Shown here piece by piece: positions 28,108 to 36,791 of a stretch of DNA of 64,000 nucleotides. The stretch covers positions 5,238 through 69,237 of the forward strand of contig CAIOMK010000030.1 in the NCBI GenBank assembly GCA_903859375.1, read 5' to 3'. The position numbers were made by a program, and so were the translations under genes. Numbering within the stretch: the first letter of the stretch is position 1; each line of letters begins with the position of its first letter. Origin of the DNA: Candidatus Moraniibacteriota bacterium (GTDB lineage: Bacteria; Patescibacteriota; Minisyncoccia; Moranbacterales; UBA1568). Below the pieces are notes generated by a model, which was given only the letters and a program-made list of their open reading frames with translations, was not told the origin of the DNA and searched no databases.

Positions 28108-28140
28108 TACGCCTTACTTTCGAGTAAGGCGTGTTTTTTT
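28108..28140 (+). terminator. Rho-independent terminator
   Basis: TACGCCTTACT-TTCG-AGTAAGGCGTG followed by a T tract. Confidence 0.9.
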
Positions 28141-28248
28141 ATCGTCGTCATACGGAGGCCGATATCCGAAACGCGTGTTTTCCAAATGGCTCAAAATACG
28201 GTATGATATAAGGTAGATATCGCCGGATAATACACATTATACCGATTT

Positions 28249-29373
28249 ATGCTCGAAGAAAAGAACGTCCTCCTCGTCACCCGGCCACTGTGTCTCCCGT
28301 GGGACGAAGCATCCAAGAATTTCGCCTATTTTCTCGCCAAATCCATATCTGGTCCGTCATTGTCCGTCCTCACTCACGGCATCATACGCGGTCTGCCCGA
28401 ATCGGTCACACAAAAGCAGATATATTCGTCCGGCCGATTCGATTCTCCGGCCAAAATACGCCTTTTTTTCTCGCTTCTTTTTTCGCGTGGATCATACGAC
28501 ATCACTCACTATCTTTTCACGCCCACAAAGGTGAGTTCGTCTTTGTTCAAGACGATACTCCATCCGACGAAAGGCAAAACCATCCAGACCGTCGCCACAT
28601 TGCGGGAAGATCTCTATGCGACCGAGGATCTTCGAAGTATTTTTTTTGCAGACCGCATCATCACCTATTCCGACACCTCGAAGAAGCGTCTCGATGAGAT
28701 CGGATTCACGAATGTCAAGCGGATCTATCCGGGAATCGACCTCGAACTTTATCAGTCCAAACCGAAAGACCCGTCGCTCATGGCATGGTTCAAATTTACG
28801 GAAGAGGATTTCATCGTCATCTATCCGGGAGAATACGTACGCCTCGGTGCGACAGACATGCTTGCGGACGGCCTGATCGCCCATTATCGGGAACAGCCGG
28901 AATCAAAACTGCGTTTCATGTGGGCATGCCGTATCAAGAACGAGGCGGATGCGAGAAAAAAGGAAGAGGTGCGCAAGAAGTTCGCCGATGCTGGAATGGA
29001 AGACCGTTTCCTTTTTTCGGATACCTTTGCCGATATGCCGAAGCTGTACAACCTGGCGGACGTCATCGCGTTCCCGGTCGGCGACATGAAAGGAAAGTTC
29101 GACGTCCCGCTTATCATCATCGAGGCATATGCCTGTGGCAAGCCGGTCATTCTTTCCGATATTCCCCTCTTCCATGAGTTTTCGAATGCGGATATTTCGG
29201 CGACCGTTCCGCGCGGAGACGGCAAAGCCTTCTTCTCGGTCGTAGACGAATTGGCTCATGACAAAAATCGCGTGGAGACGATGGGAAAGGCCGCCCGTGC
29301 CTATGTCGAAAAGGAGTTCGACCTGCTCGTGACCGCGAAACAGTACACGGAAGTCTACCGAAGTCTCGAGTAA
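28249..29373 (+). CDS. GT4 glycosyltransferase
   Basis: IYPGID, PLIIIEAYACGKPVI. Confidence 0.9.
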   Translation: MLEEKNVLLVTRPLCLPWDEASKNFAYFLAKSISGPSLSVLTHGIIRGLPESVTQKQIYSSGRFDSPAKIRLFFSLLFSRGSYDITHYLFTPTKVSSSLFKTILHPTKGKTIQTVATLREDLYATEDLRSIFFADRIITYSDTSKKRLDEIGFTNVKRIYPGIDLELYQSKPKDPSLMAWFKFTEEDFIVIYPGEYVRLGATDMLADGLIAHYREQPESKLRFMWACRIKNEADARKKEEVRKKFADAGMEDRFLFSDTFADMPKLYNLADVIAFPVGDMKGKFDVPLIIIEAYACGKPVILSDIPLFHEFSNADISATVPRGDGKAFFSVVDELAHDKNRVETMGKAARAYVEKEFDLLVTAKQYTEVYRSLE

Positions 29374-29418
29374 TCCCCTCTCAGACGGTCCGGTTCACAT
29401 AATCCGCAACGCAAACGT

Positions 29419-29688
29419 ATGAACACAGAAAAACCGATCCACATCGCGACGATTTCAATCCTCGTGAAGGAGCGCGAGACGCATGCCGGAATAGTGAACG
29501 AGATTCTCTCCCGGCACGGCGACCGCATCATCGCGCGTCTCGGTGTGAATCTCGGTCGTGCCGGCGTACGCACATACAGCGGACTTATCGAAATCGTCAT
29601 CGAAGGGTCAAACGAAGAAATCAAATCGCTCTCCGACGAGCTCGATGCCCTCTATGGCATCGTCGCCAAGACAAACATTTTGGATTGA
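29419..29688 (+). CDS. TM1266-family ACT-like protein (annotated elsewhere as a putative iron-only hydrogenase system regulator)
   Basis: ISILVKER...VNEILSRHGDRIIARLGV...IEIVIEG pattern. Confidence 0.75.
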   Translation: MNTEKPIHIATISILVKERETHAGIVNEILSRHGDRIIARLGVNLGRAGVRTYSGLIEIVIEGSNEEIKSLSDELDALYGIVAKTNILD

Positions 29689-29721
29689 CCCGCCCGCTCA
29701 TCCGTTCAATCTGTTTTTATT

Positions 29722-30462
29722 GTGAATGCAGACACACTGCACCGTGCCGATATCATAGAGCAGTCACTCGTTGATACGGTCCGAAAAGCTCTGAGTACCG
29801 ATCTCGTCAGTTTGTTTGTCGTAGGCAGTTACGCGAACTATGACATCGTTGAAGGATACAGCGACTATGACGTGCTCGCTTTCGTCGATACCCCCGACCC
29901 GGCAGGCTCACAAATCGATTTCGCAGTCCTTTCGAAAAAGTACGCAGTCGAAATCAAATGCACGGTTCGTCCGTTGTCCGATTTTAAAAACAGGATCCTC
30001 GACAACGACCGTGCAACGAGATTCGTCGGCAATCTCACGTTGCTCGACTTGAAACTTCACGCCCGGCTACTGTACGGAAAAGATATAGTCTCATTGATAC
30101 CGGACGTCCGGGACTTGCTCACAAGAGATCTTCAATCCGAATTACAGGCAGAATATACGCATGCCCTCGACGTAGACAAAGAGAAGAACATCTTTGTCCG
30201 TGAACCGAGGGACTGGTGCAACTATGTCATCAACATGTGTGGCGCCCTTTTACTTGCCGTAGGAATATCGGCGCGAAAGGATACCTATCCGGAGCTGATT
30301 TCACGTCATCATCCGGAGTTCGGAGGTGTACCGTATCTCAAGGAAGCGTTGCAGTTGAGGTCGACGATGAGTGTGCTTCATGTGAGCGACACAGAGCGGG
30401 ATAATTTCAAAAATGTCCTTGCCCTTTTCTTGGATGAATATAGAAGGTATACTTTTAAATGA
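29722..30462 (+). CDS. Pol-beta superfamily nucleotidyltransferase
   Basis: LFVVGSYA...SDYDVL (hGS...DxD) plus helical C-terminal domain. Confidence 0.8.
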   Translation: MNADTLHRADIIEQSLVDTVRKALSTDLVSLFVVGSYANYDIVEGYSDYDVLAFVDTPDPAGSQIDFAVLSKKYAVEIKCTVRPLSDFKNRILDNDRATRFVGNLTLLDLKLHARLLYGKDIVSLIPDVRDLLTRDLQSELQAEYTHALDVDKEKNIFVREPRDWCNYVINMCGALLLAVGISARKDTYPELISRHHPEFGGVPYLKEALQLRSTMSVLHVSDTERDNFKNVLALFLDEYRRYTFK

Positions 30463-32009
30463 GCCTTTTCGGCATTCCTCAACCTCATAATGACGACCTT
30501 ATGACGAACGACCAGCGATTCACAAAGAAAGGCGACTTCAAGAGCGAGATGAAGACCGACCGGATGAAAGTACCGGTCGTGTTTCATATCCAAGACGATC
30601 TCCTGCCGGCCGAAGGCACACTCGCCCAGCTCGAAAGCGTCGCAAGCAACGACGGCCTGTTCCGCCATATCGCCGCGATGGCCGATGTCCACTCCAAGCC
30701 GGGACGCAAGAACGCGACCGGCACGACGGTAGCCTCGGAAAAATTCATACTCCCGCAGGTGAACGATACCGATCCGGCATGCGGTATGCGTCTCGTACGG
30801 ACGAACCTGACCGAGGATGATCTTTCCTCGGAGGACATCGATACGCTCTTCGCCGCGCTCGTCGACCGTGTCCCGACCAAGGCCCTCGTCGGCACAGTAC
30901 TCCCCTACCGTGTCATCGTGGACATCTGTCGCAAAGGCGTGGGTGCCGCCGTCGAATACCTCGGGATCGAGACGAAATACGAGCGGGAAAATTCTCTTGA
31001 CCGTGGAAACTTTTTTGGAGAAGAGGTTTCCAAAAAGAAAATCTATGAAGTCATACCACGACTGTTTCTCTTCTTCGCGAAATTCCGATTGGGCATACTC
31101 GGAGCCGCCGGCAACCACTTCCTCGACCTGATGAAGGTCACCGACCTGCCGGACCCGGTGCTTGCGGAAAAGCTCGGGATCAGGAAAGGACAGTATGTCT
31201 TCATGATTCACTGCGGTTCCGGCATCCTCGGTCAATACACGATGTACATGTACACCGCCAAGAAGCGTGAGCATCTTTCGCAGGCGTTCATGGCGTGGCT
31301 CGGACGGATGACGTTTTTCACGTCACGCAGACATGTCATCGACGCCATCGCAACGAAAATCAAAGACTTCGATTTCGGCACCAAAGAAGAGCTCTTCACC
31401 TTCGACGGCGACGGCGAGGACGGGCGCATATATATGGAGGCACGCAACGCCTGCTCAAACTTTGCCCATGCGAATCGCGCCATCATCGCGCACAATGTGT
31501 CGCAAACGATCAAGGAAGTCCTCGGGCGTGATCCGGGCTTCGAGCTCGTCTATGATATGCCACACATCCTGGTTTCCGAGGAGGAACACTACGGCAAGAG
31601 CGCATGGATCCACCGCAACGGCACGAGCCGTGCCTACGGGCCGACCCGCATGGCAGGCCATCCCGTTTTCAGCGAGACAGGCGAACCGGCTTTCATCCCG
31701 ACTTCGATGTCGACAGACGGCTATCTCTGTGTCGGTACGGATGGCAACGAATCGACGTTCTTCTCCTGCAACCACGGTGCCGGCAAACCCAAAGTCGCCG
31801 CCGAATCGGTCGTCCCGACCAGTCGCGAAGAGCTCGACAAAAAACTCGAGGCAAGAGGTGTCCGTCTCTATAACGGTCGCTCATCCAAAGTCATCGAACA
31901 GGATTCCGCCCATTACAAGAACGCCGATGCCGTCATCGCGAGCGTCAAGGAGAACAATATCGTCAAACCCGTCGCCAAACTCCAGCCGGTCGCGGTGATC
32001 ATGTACTAA
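30459..32009 (+). CDS. Divergent RtcB-family ligase
   Basis: ADVH, DPACGMR, GNHFLD, IHCGS, DMPH, HRNG, SCNHGAG, HYKN; ATGA overlap with the nucleotidyltransferase. Confidence 0.9.
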   Translation: MSLFGIPQPHNDDLMTNDQRFTKKGDFKSEMKTDRMKVPVVFHIQDDLLPAEGTLAQLESVASNDGLFRHIAAMADVHSKPGRKNATGTTVASEKFILPQVNDTDPACGMRLVRTNLTEDDLSSEDIDTLFAALVDRVPTKALVGTVLPYRVIVDICRKGVGAAVEYLGIETKYERENSLDRGNFFGEEVSKKKIYEVIPRLFLFFAKFRLGILGAAGNHFLDLMKVTDLPDPVLAEKLGIRKGQYVFMIHCGSGILGQYTMYMYTAKKREHLSQAFMAWLGRMTFFTSRRHVIDAIATKIKDFDFGTKEELFTFDGDGEDGRIYMEARNACSNFAHANRAIIAHNVSQTIKEVLGRDPGFELVYDMPHILVSEEEHYGKSAWIHRNGTSRAYGPTRMAGHPVFSETGEPAFIPTSMSTDGYLCVGTDGNESTFFSCNHGAGKPKVAAESVVPTSREELDKKLEARGVRLYNGRSSKVIEQDSAHYKNADAVIASVKENNIVKPVAKLQPVAVIMY

Positions 32010-32027
32010 ACGATTTGCATAATAAAC

Positions 32028-32061
32028 AACGACCCACTCTCTGCTGAGAGGGGTCGTTTTT
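32028..32061. terminator. Rho-independent terminator between convergent genes
   Basis: AACGACCC-a-CTCTC-tgct-GAGAG-GGGTCGTT then TTT. Confidence 0.8.
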
Positions 32062-32066
32062 GTATC

Positions 32067-32300
32067 TTACGAAATATACCCGCCGGCCCATTCCGCATAC
32101 AACCGATCCAGCCGGAGTTTCAATGCGACGATCACGTGTATCCTTGAATAATCGATCATGCCGGTTCTTCGGGAATATTCTTCCGCGAGTCTCATCTCCT
32201 TCGCGATGGAGTTCTTCGTCTGCGCGATCTTGGTAGGCCGGTAATTTCCGCCTCCTAATGAAAACAGTCTGCTGACCGCCTTTTGATTCAGGAATGCCAT
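32067..32300 (-). CDS. Small hypothetical protein (77 aa)
   Basis: GGAG upstream of the ATG; ends at the terminator. Confidence 0.55.
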   Translation of the reverse strand: MAFLNQKAVSRLFSLGGGNYRPTKIAQTKNSIAKEMRLAEEYSRRTGMIDYSRIHVIVALKLRLDRLYAEWAGGYIS

Positions 32301-32379
32301 ATTCGTCTCCGTTGACCTGTTATTGACGTAAAGAAACTATAATCGAACCTCATGACACTAGCGAACGATGAGGAATATG

Positions 32380-33690
32380 TCAATCATCAGACGTTGTGAT
32401 GCCGAGCGCGACGAAGAGAAACAGCAATCCGAAGTTGGAGTCCCAGAGGAAGTGATCGAGAAGAAGGCTTGGCAGAAAGACAAGGAATGTTCCGGCAAGG
32501 GTCGGGACATTTTTCTTTCGTAGCCACGGGAGCGCGAGTGAACCAAAGAAACAGAGTGACAAGACGAGACCCGGTATGCCGAGTTCGGAACAGATGAGCA
32601 GTGGCACGTCATGTGCCGGCTGGATATCCCAGAGAGGTTGTTCCGGTCGCAGTCGTATCAATTCCGCCGTCATATTCCCAACGCCGACTCCGAGAAGCGG
32701 ATGGACACAGATGATCCCGAGTGCGTCACGATAAGTCGTCATCCGGTCGGTCACTGACCGTTCCTGTCCGACTGTCGCCTGATCGAATCGAGGGAACACT
32801 GCCTCACGCAAGATGAAGGAAAATATAACACTGGAAAGCACGACGACACTTATCGTCGCGTACAGACGCATCCTGATGTGTCTCCCGCCACTGATAATCG
32901 TTTGTGCCATCAGGAAGGCGAATCCGATAGCGAACCCGGCCCATGCCGATCTGGAAAACGACAAGATGAGTCCGAGCAGAATAACCGGGACCACTCCGAC
33001 CGTCACGACCCTTTCAATCGTCTGTTCGGCACCGCGTGTCATCGACATGATCCGATGGGCCACCAAGAGCAATCCGACCGCAAGGAACAGCCCATATATA
33101 TTCGGGTGAGGAAAGGTCCCATATGCGCGGAGGAACCGTCCGGTATCGTTTTTCAATACCGATGTCCCCGCTTGCCAGGATTCATACGCGCTCGTCCCGA
33201 GCAAAGACGAGCGGAAACTCTCCTGCATCAGAAACTGCCCTATGCCTATACCGGCCTGTATGACGACGGCAAGGAGCAACACCGATATGACCTGTCTCAA
33301 CTTTCCACGACGCACCATATCCCGAGTCATGACAAACGCATCCGCAACGAGAAGAATCTTACAAAACGAATACATGGCCAGCATCGCATCCTGCGCCCAC
33401 AGAAGAGACAGACCCGACCACAATACGAACAGGAGCAAAAATGCATCAGTTTTTCTTTCCCGCCACAACGTCTCCATCCTGATGCCGATCGATATGTTCT
33501 GTATTTCTTTTTCTCGCGAGATCGCCACGATCAGTATCGCGATGGCCAGCACCAGTGATGAAGCATATATTCCGATCGTCCCATACTGCCATTTTTCACC
33601 ACCGATCATCGGCTCACGCAACAAATACACCGTCTGAAACGGCAGAATGAAGAGAAAAAACAGGAATAGTGAATCAGAAATTTTCCGCAT
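32380..33690 (-). CDS. O-antigen ligase family protein
   Basis: RAYGTFPHPN, SFSRSAW, LGVGVGN, PAHDVPLLICSELG. Confidence 0.92.
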   Translation of the reverse strand: MRKISDSLFLFFLFILPFQTVYLLREPMIGGEKWQYGTIGIYASSLVLAIAILIVAISREKEIQNISIGIRMETLWRERKTDAFLLLFVLWSGLSLLWAQDAMLAMYSFCKILLVADAFVMTRDMVRRGKLRQVISVLLLAVVIQAGIGIGQFLMQESFRSSLLGTSAYESWQAGTSVLKNDTGRFLRAYGTFPHPNIYGLFLAVGLLLVAHRIMSMTRGAEQTIERVVTVGVVPVILLGLILSFSRSAWAGFAIGFAFLMAQTIISGGRHIRMRLYATISVVVLSSVIFSFILREAVFPRFDQATVGQERSVTDRMTTYRDALGIICVHPLLGVGVGNMTAELIRLRPEQPLWDIQPAHDVPLLICSELGIPGLVLSLCFFGSLALPWLRKKNVPTLAGTFLVFLPSLLLDHFLWDSNFGLLFLFVALGITTSDD

Positions 33691-33711
33691 GGATATCTCG
33701 TATTATTGCCC

Positions 33712-33720
33712 ATTATAGCA
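33712..33720 (-). promoter_or_regulatory. Extended -10 promoter TGcTATAAT
   Basis: Exact motif 21 nt upstream of ATG 33690. Confidence 0.55.
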
Positions 33721-33884
33721 CTTTCTGGTACTCTAACGATAGGTTTGTAAGGGTTTCTGTAGGCTTATTGGAGACAATCGGTCCCGCTCGTCTTCATTTC
33801 CTGGGATTCCTGTTCCATTCGCGCCTCGTGCCGTATCCGGTATATGCATGGGAGCGTCGCACCTTCTTTCGGTTATTGAACGAT

Positions 33885-34499
33885 ATGTTGATAATCACCT
33901 TCTCCGGTACGGACGGGTCCGGGAAATCCACCCAGCTCGACCTTCTCCGGAAACATTTTGAAAGGATAGGCAAGAACGTCGCATATTTCCATGCGATAGA
34001 GTTTTCGCTGGCCAACAGGCTGAGCCGTGCAATCAAAGGGACAAAAACATTCACCCCGGGTCACGAGAAGGCATCGACGACCGCATCCCCGTTCCTGATA
34101 CTTCTGAGAAAGACGTTCCTTCTGATTGATCTTATCCGCTTCCGACTCTTTCTGCACGTCCTCCGCCAAGATGGCATCGATGTCCTCGTCTCGGACCGAT
34201 ACTTTTACGATTCGGTCGTCAACATCGAGTTCCTTGCCGGCTCCACCGGGAGAGAACGGTCGTTCCAGTTTTTCGACGAATTCATCCCTTCCCCGAACTG
34301 GTCATTCTTTCTCGATGTCGAACCGGATGTCATCGCGTCCCGTGAGCGGGTTCCGGAACAGGGAATAGAATACCTGACCCGTAAACACTCTCTCTTCCAA
34401 TCCGACGTGAAGCGTTGGGATCTCATCGTCATCGACGGCAACGGCGACCCCGAAGACATCAGCAGGCATATCTGGAAACGCATAGAAAAAACCTCCTGA
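33885..34499 (+). CDS. Thymidylate-kinase-like P-loop kinase
   Basis: ITFSGTDGSGKST, SDRY, FLDV; start placed at ATG 33885. Confidence 0.85.
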   Translation: MLIITFSGTDGSGKSTQLDLLRKHFERIGKNVAYFHAIEFSLANRLSRAIKGTKTFTPGHEKASTTASPFLILLRKTFLLIDLIRFRLFLHVLRQDGIDVLVSDRYFYDSVVNIEFLAGSTGRERSFQFFDEFIPSPNWSFFLDVEPDVIASRERVPEQGIEYLTRKHSLFQSDVKRWDLIVIDGNGDPEDISRHIWKRIEKTS

Positions 34500-34553
34500 T
34501 ATGTATCCGGTCCGAGAGATATTTTCTCATATTTTCATAAGACGAACACATCG

Positions 34554-36020
34554 ATGAAACACTTTTCCCGTGCCCTCTTGTGGCTCACCGTTTCCGAAAT
34601 AATTTTCAACGCCTCGGGGTATCTCATCCATTCCGTACTCGGACGATTGCTCGGACCGGCAGAGTACGGCCGATACGGTCTCATCGTGAATCTCACGACC
34701 ACCGTCATCATCCTCATCGGCAACGGCATTCCGACGGCAATGTCGAAATATCTCAGTGAGATATTCGAGACGCATCCCGAGAACATCCTCGGCATCAAAC
34801 GCAAAACGGTTCTCCTACAGACGATCGTCATGTCGGTGGTCACGCTCTTGTTTTTCCTGCTCGCACCCGCGGTCGCATCACTCCTCGGCGATCCGACCCT
34901 CACCCCGCTGTTCCAGCTCTCATCGCTCATCATCCCCGCTTTCGCCGCCGCGTCGTTTTATTTCTCGTATTTCACCGGCCTTCATTTTTTCCGGCTTCAG
35001 GCCGCACTCAAAACGACTCGCGCGATCACACGGATGGTTTTCATCATCCTGCTCGCCTGGTTTTTCGGCGTAAAGGGCGCCGTCGCCGGCTATATCGTCT
35101 CCCCGCTCGTCGTGTTCGGCGTCGCGCTCCTGCTCGATTTCATCTGGACCAAGAAATATTTCCCAGCCGTCGCGGAAAAAATATCTACGGCCTTTCCCGC
35201 CAAAAAACTTCTCGACTACGCCTGGCCACTCACGTTGTTCCTGCTTTTTTATCAGCTTATCACCTCACTCGATCTGTTCCTCGTGAAAGCGCTTCTGCGT
35301 GACGACCACCTGACCGGTCTCTATAATGCCGTCATCACCGTCGGCAATATCCCGTATTATCTCTTCTACGCGCTCACCATCATCTTGTTGCCGGCGATAT
35401 CCAAGACATCGGCGAACCGCGACGAGGCCGAGACCAGGTCCCTCGTCAACAAATCTTTGCGACTGCTCGCACTCATCTTATTCCCCATCGTCACATTGCT
35501 GTCGGTTTATGCCGGGCCGGTCATCAACCTGTTCTACGGCACCGCCTATGCCGATGCAACCGCTTCCATGGGAGTCTTCGCGATAGGCAACGGATTCCTG
35601 ACCGCCTTCTACGTCCTCGCATTCGCCGTCAGCGGAGCGGGACTGGTCCGGATCCCCATGTACGTCGCCGGCGTCGGCCTCGTCGCCTCGGGGGCGCTCA
35701 ATGCGTTCCTTATTCCCCTCTATGGAATCGTCGGCTCGGCGATCGCCACATCGGTTGTCGCGTTCATGCTCATGGTCGGCATCCTTATCTTCACCGACCG
35801 ACATTTCAAGGTCCGCATTCCTTTGAAATTATGGCTTGTCTCATTCGGCTCCTCCCTTATACTGATACTTTTTGCCGGACTGCTTCCGCAAGGCAGTATT
35901 TCTTTCATGGTATGTGGTGGAGTCCTGTTCCTGCTTCATTTCGGAATACTCCGAGTCTTCGGCGTTCTCGACAATGCCGATTTCGCCCCACTACTCCGTT
36001 TCATTCCCGGTCGCGCATGA
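34554..36020 (+). CDS. Wzx/MATE-like polysaccharide flippase
   Basis: RLLGPAEYG, GLYNA, LNAFLIPLYGIVGSAIAT; about 14 TMs. Confidence 0.92.
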   Translation: MKHFSRALLWLTVSEIIFNASGYLIHSVLGRLLGPAEYGRYGLIVNLTTTVIILIGNGIPTAMSKYLSEIFETHPENILGIKRKTVLLQTIVMSVVTLLFFLLAPAVASLLGDPTLTPLFQLSSLIIPAFAAASFYFSYFTGLHFFRLQAALKTTRAITRMVFIILLAWFFGVKGAVAGYIVSPLVVFGVALLLDFIWTKKYFPAVAEKISTAFPAKKLLDYAWPLTLFLLFYQLITSLDLFLVKALLRDDHLTGLYNAVITVGNIPYYLFYALTIILLPAISKTSANRDEAETRSLVNKSLRLLALILFPIVTLLSVYAGPVINLFYGTAYADATASMGVFAIGNGFLTAFYVLAFAVSGAGLVRIPMYVAGVGLVASGALNAFLIPLYGIVGSAIATSVVAFMLMVGILIFTDRHFKVRIPLKLWLVSFGSSLILILFAGLLPQGSISFMVCGGVLFLLHFGILRVFGVLDNADFAPLLRFIPGRA

Positions 36021-36060
36021 CATCGGCGGATGGTACCCGACAGAACTCTCCAGACAAAAG

Positions 36061-36097
36061 AAAGCCCCCTCTAGCCGTTATGGCCGGAGGGGGTTTT
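36061..36097. terminator. Probable bidirectional terminator
   Basis: AAAGCCCCCTC...GAGGGGGTTTT between convergent genes. Confidence 0.8.
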
Positions 36098-36107
36098 GTT
36101 GTTGATA

Positions 36108-36662
36108 TCAGTTCATGTTCATGGGACGATCATTGAACAGTTCGAAGCTATGCACGCGTTCAAACCGTTCCTGACCCTCCGGAATATGAAGATATCCGAT
36201 AGACTCGACAGTGAGCATCGTGGCGTCGTCCTGTCCGTCATCAAGTTCGGGACAAGACTTGCCTTTTTTCTTCATCGCGCGATACCAGGGATTCGAGTTC
36301 ACCCGGTCAGCGACATACATTCTCGCCTGATCGGACAGCCAGTTCGATTCCATTTCCTCGCCGAGGAGTGATTTGTTCGCCCGTTTCTTCAGGGACTTCA
36401 ATTCATTCCTGAACTTCGGTTTCGTAAAATCTTCGAACTGACAGAGCAGGCTGTCTATGCACATCTGCATCGCGTTCGAATACCGGAAGTCGTCCTCGAA
36501 GTATTCATCCGCTTCCCCTTCATCGGTGATTCCAATCATGAACGCGATGAGGTCATCGATCCCCTCGGACTTGTCATCATCCAAAAAGAGCTCATGTTCT
36601 TCATTAACATCATAGAACAACAGGTTCAGGATGTCCCCGATATAAAACTTTCTCTTGCTCAT
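36108..36662 (-). CDS. Acidic hypothetical protein
   Basis: 184-aa ORF with an upstream TTGCAT-18-TACACT promoter-like site (36755-36726). Confidence 0.7.
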   Translation of the reverse strand: MSKRKFYIGDILNLLFYDVNEEHELFLDDDKSEGIDDLIAFMIGITDEGEADEYFEDDFRYSNAMQMCIDSLLCQFEDFTKPKFRNELKSLKKRANKSLLGEEMESNWLSDQARMYVADRVNSNPWYRAMKKKGKSCPELDDGQDDATMLTVESIGYLHIPEGQERFERVHSFELFNDRPMNMN

Positions 36663-36791
36663 TGTGAAGGTTCCGGTTTCGTTCCCGCAAACGCCGCGGT
36701 GGGCTCAGCCGTCTCTTTCAACGTCAGTGTAGCGCATATTCCCACAAAAATGCAATGTGACGCGGTTATCGTCCGCGGACGACCATGACGG

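Noticed and set aside
29722-30462. MNT-HEPN toxin-antitoxin pair
   Set aside because: No adjacent HEPN gene with an Rx4-6H motif was recognised; the coupled downstream gene is RtcB-like.
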